Positions 48,529 through 60,823 of a DNA stretch of 64,000 bases are shown here, piece by piece. Position numbers and translations under genes: made by a program. The notes beneath the pieces were generated by a model. That model did no database searches. It worked only from the letters and a program-made list of their open reading frames with translations, and was not told the origin of the DNA. This DNA is from Tubulanus polymorphus. Its lineage: Eukaryota > Animalia > Nemertea. Positions within the stretch are counted from its first letter, which is position 1, and each line of letters opens with the position of its first letter. The stretch is from contig NC_134035.1 of assembly GCF_964204645.1 (NCBI RefSeq), positions 11,068,451-11,132,450 of the forward strand. Reading direction: 5' to 3'.

Positions 48529-49852
48529 CTAATCATTGAACATTGATACAATCGCATTAAGCGGATATCGGTGGTATTCGCGAGTGTATCTTCTGCCCTT
48601 GATAACGTCTCCGTCTTTGAGATTCAGATTGGTATAGCCGCTGATTTTCACCACTTTCGTCCACCATTCGTCCAACGACGGATTCCATTCTGATTCATAG
48701 CGCACGCGCATGAACGCTTTAGATTCACCATCAGAGTGAATAAAACCAAACATATCTCCGACCTTGACCGCGATCCTATCTGACATTGGTATCTGCTGTA
48801 CAGCCACTCCCCTTGGCCCCGGATCTAATCGATTTCGACCTATCAATCGATATTCCAATTTGCCGACTTGTCGAAAGATGCCCATAAACACGGGTTGCGA
48901 TTTCACAATTTTTCGAAAATAATTCCACCTGATGATTTCACCAGGGCACGATATAGTATAGTTGACCAGGATGACCAGAGTAGGTGACTTAATCATGCTA
49001 GACGAGAAGAGATTCGAGGGACCGACAGTTTCACGGCATCCAACTGCAATAAATAGACCCGGTCGATTATCATCAAGCGATGTCCGATAAAGCCCCAACG
49101 CACACGTTACAGGGACACACAAGAACAACATATCGAAACATGTTTCCGAGTGTTTCCCTGTGTCGTGTGCGTTTACGAGAAACGAGAAACATGGTTTGGG
49201 TATAATGCTGCCGAGATCGCACACGTTTGATTCCGTGTTTGCCTGCGTTGTGTGCGTTGAGCTTTATTGAAAGTGTATTTGACAATTATTCTAGTCGTAT
49301 GTGCTTATTATGGTGGCTGATTCGGGCCATTATCGTTGCTCTAGCCGTATAGAACACGTTAATTAATTTTTTTTCTTAGGGCAATCCCCCTATCAGGCTC
49401 AGCCCCTAGGGCTTGGGGTTGTCCTTTTTATATATGTCTATTTATCTATGCAATTATATCCAAAGAAATTATGTTTATAATCTTGTACATATCATAAGTA
49501 AATAAATCATTCATTACATTACACTTTTTACTATGGCCCGAATCAGCCATCATAGCTTATAGTGGCAATCAGAATTACTAAATTCTAGAAAATCTTTACC
49601 TTTTCTATAGACTTGCTCGTTGGCACACGTTCTGTTTTCCATGTTTGTCAGCGCTTTGGAGCAATGCTGATCAAATCCCATACAATTCGGTGACCGTTTA
49701 CACCAACGAGCGCATTGTATCATCCTCCGCGCAATATCTACAGAATCTCCGTTCTTCGACTGGTCGCAGGTCATCTTGTATATATGTATATCGTCCTCGG
49801 CTAGTGATAACGATAATGATAGTAACAGTAGACATAAAAATGGTAGTAACAT
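48529..49852 (-). CDS. Secreted uncharacterised protein (signal peptide, PAN/Apple-like Cys module, beta-rich C-terminal domain)
   Basis: Exon 49852-49600 encodes signal peptide MLLPFLCLLLLSLSLSLA and CARWCKRSPNCMGF (C-x3-C-x5-C-x2-F). It joins in phase 1 to exon 49043-48529 (VGCRETVGP...CPGEIIRWNYF...YRLIGRN...IAVKVGDMFGF). A third exon is possible (see findings). Confidence 0.72.
49088..49266. mobile_element. Palindromic MITE (AAAGCCCCAACGCACACG...CGTTGTGTGCGTTGAGCTTT)
   Basis: Inverted ends and internal GAAACATG motifs. Relatives at ~11128-11227 and ~58790-58936. Confidence 0.6.
49309..49554. mobile_element. MITE with ~22-bp TIR TATGGTGGCTGATTCGGGCCAT
   Basis: Matching inverted end ATGGCCCGAATCAGCCATCATA. 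A second copy lies at 56060-56172. Confidence 0.75.
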
Positions 49853-50873
49853 TTTTACACAGTGGACAGCGAGTGACTCTTGATGATGCGAGTGAGATCG
49901 TGTAGATATCGCTAATACGTCTGCACGAATTCCCGCTCACGAAAAGAGATGATAATAATTATCAAATATCGATATCTCGCGCGCAAAGTCATACAATAAA
50001 GAAAAGAAATGGACGAATAGTAATTTGATCGTTTATTAGAACGATACGGCATGATACTATATAGTCATAAACACGTATCAACTTAACGTTGCTATTGAAA
50101 TAGAATTATTATCAACTTTCTTATTGCAATAAGCTTTATCGGCAAAAACATTTGATTAAAATTCTGTCGCGTAGACGTTTCAGAATTGCAAAGACCCCAT
50201 AGTTTTTTTTTCATCCCCGTGATGTTTGAATACGACTATCGTATAACGTACGCATGAATTGGAAAGTAATGTTCTAATGATCTCATTAACGAGGTACGTC
50301 GTAAATGTTGTGACATGCAAACGAACCTCAACGAAATAGATATCCTTCAATGGAATAGTTTAATCTTACCGACAAATTTGTGATTATAATGTTCATTATA
50401 GAAACGGCTAGATATTTAGGAAGATACATTGAGAAAGGGTTCAACTTATGAAATAACTACCACTGACATGGATCATCTACAGCTTTGATAAAAATATACT
50501 GACTCAATACCTGGGTCTGAGGGGGCACCACGTGTGCTTTTTACGATATTTTTCAAACATATCGGGTATCGCTTTCGCGCGCCAATATCCGATTGTAAGT
50601 CTGACGACACCAGTGATACGAACGATGCGCTGTTAGTTGACATTTCAATTATTAACTGATTTTCGCTGTACACATTTTCATAAAACGGAAGAATGCAATA
50701 TTTACTGCCGCCTGAAAATCAGCCAGCAGTCACGAACAGCCGACAGCCGTAACCACGCCAGACGGATGAATGCGCGATCGCAGTCTCGGAGAGAAAACAG
50801 TTCTGTCCGTTATTTCGTACGATCATCAATTTGCTTTTCGTGGGAGCGATATTAAGATGAAAGTCACATAAAC

Positions 50874-53678
50874 ATGGATTATTCACTAATTTGCATTATC
50901 GCTATTATACTCCTTGAATTCTGTACTAAAAGTAAGTGATCGTGCTGTTTTTTTTTTTAAATTCAAATTGGCGCTGTATCTGAGAATCAAAATTTGAAGG
51001 TCGTGTTACCGTATTTGTTTTGATTAATGACTAAAAATGTAACAAACGCTCGAATGATAAAAATGCTTACATTAATTTCTATCTTACGGATGCGTGTATT
51101 AACCCTTATCGTGTTTATAGATCAAACCTTTGATACTGATAAAAAAAACTGTCGAAAAACCCTTTCTCGTTACCATGAAATATTCATGGATATGTTTCAT
51201 CCCGTAATGATGCACCTTAGGGACCAATTGCTGCACTCAATATGACATTGATTATAGTAAGATTCTATAGACTCATAACGCTACAACTAAAAAGTCGAAT
51301 CGAGTCTAGCGGAGATGGAAAGGTGGAGTTTCTTATTCTAGAATACTCGAAAATGAAGCCAAGTGACGGTGACATCCGTTATGGTATCCATCTACAAATC
51401 TGACAGATTTCTTATGGCGGGTTATTAGTACGTACGAGATGCTGGAATCGTCACGTAGATTTTCACTGATCGTCTTTATCATCGTTATTCATAATCGCCA
51501 CGGGCTAATCCTGACATTGTGTGTTTTAACGGATAATTACTGAAAACTCTTGTGCAGTGAAGGCAATAACGATACATCGCCCGCGGATAGCGAGAGTTGT
51601 TTACCGGAAAATATAGAAAGGCGGAGCGATCCATTTAGTCGTCACAGAATTTCGTATCAAAGGATGAAGATTATAGAGCCGTCTGATTCTGAGGAAAAAT
51701 GACACCAGTTGCGATTGAGCTCGGAACTATATGGTCCAGGGTTAAACCTTTTTTGGACTTGTACAGATATGCGATATTAAAGCAATATTGATATGGTCAA
51801 CCCAGATATTCCGAACAGTGCGTGAATTTTTGCGTTATGAAAAGTATGTTGGTATATCAGGGGTTAAATTTGACTCCGTTCCAAGACAAAATATAGATAT
51901 GCCGATCGTCAAAATATCAGGACCCAGTTCCACAGTTCCGAGTAAAGATTTAACTCTGATTTAACTCATTGAAAATGAACTGGTTTCAACTCAGAGTTAA
52001 CTCTAACTCACAGCTGTAGAACTGGGTCCTGGCCTGAGTTTCAATCGAGTTAAACCCCTGGCTGAGGATAATACCAGTCGATATGTTAGGCGTGGTGGGT
52101 GTCGGATGATCAGGTCTATATGAAGGTTTAATTTTGAAACTGAACGGACCATGCACCGTATATGCACTGACACTGATGGTTCTAAACGAGGTCGCCGGAA
52201 TGTCTTCCGATCGACAGAAAAACAATATTCTCTTCAGACGCAAAAGTAGACGGATGGCCATATGGATGTAAAATAAACGCTTATGCGTGACTCGAATAGC
52301 GAATTAAAATGTTCGTTGAATGCGCGTCATTAAGACGTTTCAATCTGTCTGGTTTCATTTATGCTATGAAACGCGCGCACAAACACTCGGTAATAAAACG
52401 AGACGTGCTTCGTTCCGTTCCGTTCCGTACTCTTAAATGTGTTCGATTTTTTCAGCTCGCTAGAATTAGCGCCATAACGCCTCGGCAAAGCGTCATTTGT
52501 TTGAGTTTATCTCGAGGAAAAATGTCTTAGCGGAATCGAAATTAATGCTAGCGGATAATTTCAAGTGCCATTTACGGCAAATGAATAGCGGTTTTTATTC
52601 ATCTAACGCATGAGCTTTATCCGAGTTTAAACGTATTTATGAATGCATGTATAGCTTATACTCCGAAATACATTGGCGTCGAAGAAGCTTGCTGCAACAT
52701 TGTTAAAGATTCATATCATGGACATTCTCCGACTGTGATGGATTTGGTGACATATTTCAGTAGAAGCCAAGAAGAGTCTCATGTTATGTATATATATCAG
52801 ATATCTCTCGAGCATCCGTAAACATAGAATCCAAGTTAGAAGAAATACTATTTTCAGGATATAGCTAAAGAAAGTACTTGGTTCCATAGGGTTGCTGAAA
52901 GTTCTACAATCAAATGGTGTCAATGTAGAAATCGTTTCTATGTAGGAATAATTCTCATTCAAACGTTTGAAATCTTTTGCCACGACTGAGTTCGATTCGA
53001 TGTCTAAAATTCTCTTCCGACGATAACACGATAAAATAACACATTTTTACAAAATGACGGCGACTAACTAGGGACGTGCTGCCGTCTCGTGCCTTCTCAA
53101 AGCTGATGAATCGTTCTAAGTACTGAACACGTAAAAGAAACATGAAACCCGGTAGCAAGCACCCTCCCGGGGCTGTATATTCTCACAATGTTCATATATA
53201 TTTCAGGCTGGTGTATAATGTGTTATGAATGTGTCAGCGTATCGCATCCTGGGTGCGGTTTCCCTTTCAACCCCTGGAGATTCTTACCGACAATATGCAA
53301 ATCAAATGTGAAAAAATGTGCCGTGCAAATTCAATATCCCAAGAGAGAAAATGGTAATCATATCATTAGTCAAATGATTCTTGCACCGATTTGATAATCA
53401 AGAAAATTGATATCTTATAAACTGGAAAATCGTCTTGATCGATTTGTTTTTTCTTTTTAGATTGGATCACCGCGACTCAACGAGGTTGTTATCGACCCGA
53501 TCACGTGGCCGGTTTGAACACCACCGATGGATGCCGGGAATTTACTAACGGCCTATATACGGCCACGTACTGTTTTTGTAGCGCGGATCACTGTAACGCG
53601 GCTGCTGATTGGACGACTACCTCAGTAACAAATACGATTTTTCTTGCGTCACTATTGTTGATAATGAGCTTTCCTTGA
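50874..53678 (+). CDS. Quiver/Sleepless-like Ly6/uPAR (three-finger) GPI-anchored protein
   Basis: Exons 50874-50931, 53207-53353, 53461-53678 in phase: MDYSLICIIAIILLEFCTKSWC-IMCYECVSVSHPGCGFPFNPWRFLPTICKSNVKKCAVQIQYPKRENDWITATQRGCYRPDHVAGLNTTDGCREFTNGLYTATYCFCSADHCNAAADWTTTSVTNTIFLASLLLIMSFP*. It has a signal peptide, 10 Cys with CYEC / RGC / CFC-x3-CN, and a hydrophobic GPI-signal tail. AATAAA at 53859. The ORF track shows only part of this gene. Confidence 0.88.
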
Positions 53679-55306
53679 AAATACATCAGTTCAACGTCAG
53701 TATACGCCACTAGCGAACACTGATATTATCAAATCCGATTTCACCAACGAGAAATACGGTGTAATATTTGAAAACAATGAATCTACTGAGCATAAGCTAC
53801 GTAGATCTTTTCAGGATATAGATTTCATTTTTACGTTATACCTGAAAACAAGTATCAAAATAAAGTATCTTACGTTTGTCCGTAAGTTTTATTGTTTCTT
53901 GTTTTGGCAATCCGTTACCATGATACCACCAGTAGTAGGTTTCAGTAGTCCAGGTAAAATATCATCTCAATCTGCAGTTTCGAATTGAAATGCTGTTAGC
54001 ATTGCGAATCAAAATTCACCCTTTTGTGAAGATTCCATCTCTCCATTTTTTGCCATCGATCAGAGACCAATTTCAAACATAAACTGTAAATCGGTACATG
54101 TGTTTTCTGCAACGTTCGTAGTTTAGTTTCTCAGTAGCGAAATTCCCGCGCTCATAAAAGACGAATGTAAGACACATCTCGATCTCAGGAACCGAATCTC
54201 AACTTATGAAATGCACAGAATCGAAATTGAGCTCATATCTTACGTCTCTCTGGAACGTGTGCGATCGATCGCCGCATTTACTTGTTGAAATAATTTCTTC
54301 CGTTTTCTTTCTCACAATTTAATTTTTAATGAGTCGATGTGCACTACGTCATCAAAATCGGCGTTTGCAAAAATAATCATTAGTCAATTGTGATTTTTGG
54401 CGTTTATTTTGTAATTAAACATATTTCATGACTCTTTTAACTGATTTTTTAAAATAAATTTTGATAATCATTTTTGAGAGGATGTGTACTACATCATCAA
54501 TATATCGAGGTGAGACTGATTGTCGGTCAGTTTTCAATTTAGTTATCGATATACTCAAATCCAAAATAACTAGATTCATCCGTAATACTAGAAAATTTAT
54601 ATCATATTATTCATTGTCAACGATATTAGACAATGTGTTATTTTCCAAGCCAACGAATTTTCAAGTTAGTTTCCTTGTAGCTACTTCTGAGTGTGGCATT
54701 TTCCGTATCATCGTTACAACACGGTCTGTGTTTCATCAATGGTTACCTCTAGGCGATATACTCGTATACAGCATATTCGACTATATTTGGCCTAATATCA
54801 ATTAATAATTCACGTAATCATAGACGTAAACATCAGTCAGTAGTCGAGACAACCGAAAATTGCTCGTAAACACGTGTTTAACCCTGGTTGTAATCGATGG
54901 AACTTAATTTACTTCGTGAAACGACGCAACAACAGTAAACGGCCACCGCACCTGTCGTTTCCCGCGCGAGCTTGAACGCATGCGCAGTTAAATCCATGTT
55001 GAATATGCCGCTCCAAGACAATTTTCATCAGCTTCTCAATTTCAGATATCGATACAAGCGGCAGGCGTTTTGTTTTACATAAAAACAGCTATTCTATATA
55101 AGTTGTTAAAAGTGAAATAGAATTAAAATGTTTTCTTAATTACGTATGCACATCTCACAAACAAAAACGGAATATTCTTCTTTCTATCTCAATGATTATA
55201 TGAAGCGCTTCTGTTTTATCTAATTCGGAATTGCATTCCCCGAAAGGATACATATTCGAACAGGGCTTGTGTCTAGTAAAAGGATTAGTTTTTCTTAAGT
55301 GAAATA

Positions 55307-58300
55307 ATGTCTATTTGTCCGATGCCAGCCGGTTCCGCGCACAATAACCGGGTCATAATAAACGTCGGAGGAGTCCGCTACGAAGCGTACAAATCTACGC
55401 TGAAAACAATTCCGGACACCCGTCTGTCGTGGCTCACCGAAACCACGGCTCATAACCCGGACTACGACCCCGCTATGGGTGAATACTTTTTTGATCGACA
55501 TTCAGGAGTTTTCAGCATGATACTGAACTATTATCGAACCGGTAAACTTCACGCGCCCATGAATATTTGCGGACCGCTTTTCGAAGAGGAACTGGCTTTT
55601 TGGGGCATCGATGATAAACAAATCGAACCTTGCTGTTGGACGACTTATAGGTAATGTAAGCACAGGTCGTTGTCGATTTTCTTTCATTTTCAAAAAAGGT
55701 TGTTGAAAAATTTTTGAATCTTAAAAGTACACATTTTTCTAACAAACGGAAGGAATATCAAAGCCTTGGAATGGACAAGAAACTTAAGCGTATCATCTGC
55801 TCGAATGAGTTTAGATTTTAATTGTAGGAAGACAAACTTCGTCCCATTTTTGAAAATAAGATTTAAGACAGGTTGAGTTTGAGGAGTGATAAGAAATAAT
55901 GAATATGATGCAATGTCAAATGATATACGGGGCGGATCCAGGAATTTAGATGAGGATGCGGCCCAAAATTTCCTAAGGCTAGTTTTCTATTAAAAAAAAA
56001 CAGCGTTTTGAGAGGTTTGAAGTCCTCCACCAAAAAAATTGACAATTTCCTGAGCATATTATGGTGGCTGATTTAGGGCATACTAAAAAAATTTTTAAAA
56101 TGGGCCAACGTTAAAGAAAATTTTCTAGGCGCTCAGAAATTTTTTTTAGTATGGCCCGAATCAGCCACTATAGCATCTAGAGTCATTTTCAAACAAAATA
56201 AATCACCAGCCATAATGTAATAAAAAATAAGATAGGGGCCATATCAACTAGAGACTCTAGTTCATTCGTCCATGCTGCGATCTCGGGCTCACTCCATTCA
56301 CAAAGTTACGATCATATTTTCTAGAACCCATCGTGACGCCCAAGAAACATTGGCCGAACTCGGAGAAGTCGACAAATCAAAACACGACGATGACGACGAC
56401 GAAAACGACGTCGCCAGACGATTCGGAATCGAAGAGGAGGAAAACAAGCTGACAAAATGGCAAAGATGGAAACCGATAATCTGGTCGGTTTTAGAAGAGC
56501 CGTATTTCTCAAAGGCCGCTATGGTTAGTATCGAGAACACGGCCGGAATGATGGCGCTTTTCGTGGAAAGAGATTAATTTCTGCGTTACTGATTACTGTC
56601 GAAAACAGAACTCTTTCCGCGTTCTGAGAATTATCTCACCGTCAATTCCATATATAGATCTCGCCTTATGTACATACGTAATTGATATCGTAGATCTCTG
56701 GAATCAGAGAAATGATTTTCTTCGATAAGTCCAATCGTGATTAGAATGATCCATCATCTTCGTTAACTAATTAGAGCTTTATCAAAATATTATGTAAATA
56801 CACATATAGATGTGATTTCTAGAGATATCGATAAAAGGAAATTTGATATTGTTGAAATTTTCCCGAATAATCAAAAAGAGTCATAAAGTGCCCGGTTGAA
56901 AATTGTCGCACGGCGTGAACTTTCTTCCGATAAACAACCGCTAATGACGAAATGTAAATCTTCGGGTATTAGGTTGCCGCGGCAACCGATATGCAGATAA
57001 TGAAGCAATATTGCATTTTTGAATAATTAATATTGTGAAAATATGAACTTTCTGATGCGGTTGATTACGCGACAAATGATTGCATTTTGCATTGAAACCC
57101 GACAATATTGTCGTCGTGTCTCGCTAAAAGATTGCTACTACTCGTCAAATGAACTATTGATCAAACAGGCGTTCACGATTATTAAACCTTTTTGCAATCT
57201 GATATTGCTAACTTATAACAAAGATATAGTGTCAAGTTAAGATGAGGCTGAACTGAGGGATTTTTTTATTCTTTTTAAAGAAGGCCTTTGACCATTTCAT
57301 ATAACTTAAGATTCCTATATCCCCTACAAAAAAATTAAACCCTTTGATAAGTTATGAGTCCCGCAGGTCCTCTTAGAATTTGAAATGTCCTATTTTTTCC
57401 TGACCCCTTTACTAACGTAAGACCCCTATGTTCTCTAAAAATGAAAATAATGTCCTATTTTTTCCTGACTCCTTTGATAACGTAAGACCCATGTTCGTTA
57501 AAAATGAGAATAATGTCCTTATTCTTTCCAGGTATTTGCAGTAATGTCGATGTGTTTCGTCGTTCTGTCGATTGCGGCGTTCTGCACAGAAACGGCAGTG
57601 ATGTTTCGTGAACCAACCGTCGAAGGCTACGATAAGAACAATCTAACGAGTGTAAAAACAATCCTCGAATACACGCGGCCGGTTTTGTGGCTGAGAATCA
57701 TCGAATACATTACCGTCGCCTATTTCACTATCGAGTTCGTCGTTCGCGTCGTCTTCTCGCCCGATAAACTTTTGTTCATCAAGTCGATCTTGAACTGGGT
57801 CGACTTGGTGTCGATCGTGCCGTTTTATCTACAACTCGTGGCAATTCATTTCGGTTGGGAAACCGTCGTCAAAGTGTTACAAACGATTAAACTAGCGCGT
57901 ATTTTTCGCATGTTCAAACTGACGCGACACTTCAACGGTTTAAAAGTGCTCGTGCACACGTTGAAGGCCAGTCTGAGAGAACTGGTACTGCTCATACTCA
58001 TTCTCTTCATGGGCGTGCTGATTTTTTCGAGCATCATATATTTCGTCGAACAGGTCGACGAGCCGAAGAAGAACGTGTTTATGAACATTCCGGTCGGGTT
58101 CTGGTGGGCGTTAGTTACGATGACGACGCTCGGATATGGCGACATGTATCCGAAGACGTTTTTAGGTTATATGGTCGGAATGGTTTGCGCGATATCCGGG
58201 GTATTAGTAATAGCGTTACCGGTGCCGGTTATCGTCAACAATTTTGCCTTGTACTACACTCACGCCCAGGCCCAGGCGAAATTGCCTAAAAAGCAGAAGA

Positions 58301-60489
58301 AAATACTAGTCAGCGCGCCGGACGTGCTGAAAAATCAAGTAACCGAAGAAGAGATGATAGAAGGAATTCCAAGCGGTAGTCACCAGGGTTTGAACTCTCT
58401 TTCGGACACGGAAAGTAGCGATAGTGGCATTAAAGAAGAAGGTCCTAGTAAGCGTGTAAATCCTCCTCGCACCATTCATCAGGTCTTGAAACTCTAGGCC
58501 GACAACCCGTCCACACACCCCGATGAATGAAAAACTCGCTCGCACACGGTGCAGGGAAACGAGGAAACAGGAGATAGAAACATGTTTCCAAGCAATGATG
58601 TGAAAACCCACAATAAGATGAAAACACTGAGCCATTTTAAAAATCAGATTTTGAAAATGGCTCCTTGATTCGAAAAGTTTGATTCTCTCCTAGTTTTTCT
58701 CATCTTATCGTGGGTTTTTTCTTCTTTGATATCAGACAGCCACTTGTCTATAAAAACCGAAATGTTTCCCAGCGTGTGCCGTGTGTGTAAAGAAGCCCAA
58801 CGCACACGACCCACAGTTAAACACTTAAACAAAAGACAGAAACATGATGAGAAACATGGTTTCGGGAAACACAGAGATCAAACATGGTTGTTTCCGTGTT
58901 TCTATGCTTCCCCGCTTCGTTTGCGTTGTGCTTTTAATGGATTCCAAATTCACAGTTGAACAAATCCAAAACTAATTGGCCGAGTACGCCAACAAATGTA
59001 TACAGATCGCAAATTACTTAAATCTATTTCTTGCTTAATAATGATAAGAGAATGTACATGTCATATTAGTATGCATACTTACCGGTACATCGGTATTGTA
59101 TATATTTTCAAGCTTACCACAGTAAATGCGGATCAGGGATCAGCGTTATATTCACAGATGAATTGATGGAAACCACTGATCAGCAAAATGTCAGCTCGAC
59201 AATCAATTCTCACACAATTCCTACTCAGTATCAAAGGTTTGTTTTGGATTAATCTTCATGCGAATCTCCTCAGTCCGTCTCTCTCGAAATGTACATCTGC
59301 GCGATAATCATACGCCGGGTGATGAAAACCCACTACGTACAAATTCAAAAGCAAAATCAATTAAAGAAATATAGCTGCAAAGCAGCGATAACGGGTTTTC
59401 TGGATGCATGTGATCGAAAGGAAAAATTAATTACCGGGTATTCGATGGAAAAAATAAAATGAGATGATTTGGATATTATCGGAGCAATCCTCTTTTTGGT
59501 TGAATGGTCTAACCCAGTGCTTGTTGTCTAACAATTCAATTCAATTCTTTATTTACAGTAACCTAATAAGTAATTTTAAGTTTCAAATAGGATGGAAAGT
59601 ACATTCAGACAATCTGTTGGTTCAGAGTGACCGTTATTACAGTATCAATTTATACATTTCGTTTCGAAGCTGTCAGTTGCCGAATCTGAATGAAGATGAA
59701 TTTTATTTGACGAAATCGGCAGAAAATATATAATAATAATAATAATAATCAACAGAATTTCAAGAGGGTTTTCGACGAAAGCCAGAAAACCCTAATAAAG
59801 AATGGAAACGGGTGACGGGACGTTTCGAACTCCTTTTATAATTCATCGCTAGGTGTGTAGGAACAACTAAAAACAGGGGGTTTATGTTACGGAAGAGAAC
59901 ACATTCATTGAGTGTGACGAGTGAAGATGTATTTCGATATCAGGGGCCTTCGATAACTCTTAACGTTATAAAGAAGTGGATCAAAGTGCAGGATATATGT
60001 GGGAAGCACCATTTTCCAACTCCAATCAGTATCACAAATGCAGTGCTTTCATTCTATGAAACATTTACTATTAAATGTAACTCTTATTCCAGGCACGGAA
60101 GCTACGACTCAAACTTCCTTAGGCCCACAGTACAACAAGCTCCTGGAAGACGTCAAAGTCTCATGCCAAATCTCGTTAATGGACAACGAACCAGAAAAGG
60201 TAAGTATAGACAATAGAACTCCCGTATTAGGTCAAGGGTACGAGCGAGCCGATCCCTGATTTGACTGCCCGTTTTTGGCAATACAGCTAATTCATTTTGT
60301 GCAACAATAAGGTTTTAAGTTGGATGAAAATTCAATTATTTCTTTTTTCAATTTTCTACAGGAAGTGTAACAGCTGGACTGTACAGAAGTAAATCCGACA
60401 GGGTTGGAATAGGGGGCGCTGAAAGTAGTGTATCGACAAGACGACAATCATTGCACCCATCATGCAGTCTACCAGACGTGCACGGATAA
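55307..60489 (+). CDS. KCNC/Shaw: Voltage-gated potassium channel, Shaw/Kv3 (KCNC) subfamily
   Basis: Core exons 55307-55650, 56325-56523, 57532-58447. Probable C-terminal exons 59113-59236, 60093-60199, 60362-60489 are phase-consistent but less certain; without splicing the frame stops at 58497. T1 domain [22 protein letters not shown] with Zn motif H-x5-C...CC, S4 [11 protein letters not shown], pore [19 protein letters not shown]6 [10 protein letters not shown]. Confidence 0.93.
57384..57531. repeat. ~64-bp tandem duplication abutting the Kv3 exon-3 acceptor
   Basis: AATGTCC recurs at 57384, 57449 and 57512 with similar sequence between copies. Confidence 0.8.
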
Positions 60490-60823
60490 TCAACAGAGGT
60501 GCATCCAGCCTTTTAAAAAAAGGGAGGCGTGTGTTAAGTCGACTGATATGTATCCTGATACCATAAACAATGCTTTGTCAAAGGACACAGAAACCGAATT
60601 TGAAGAAAGAAAAAATGCTCGGAGATTAGTCAGTTTTATTGAAAGCAAATGTCAAAGTTCCACTATTTTCAAGATAGAATGTTGGATCTGCAATATTAAC
60701 ATAAGCGTTGACTTTGTTTTTATTTCGTGTATCAAGACCTCAACATGGTATTAGATAATTCGACTTATCAGAATAATTTAAGGAAACAACAGCAAAGTAT
60801 ATATGATTGTTTTAATCGTGTTT

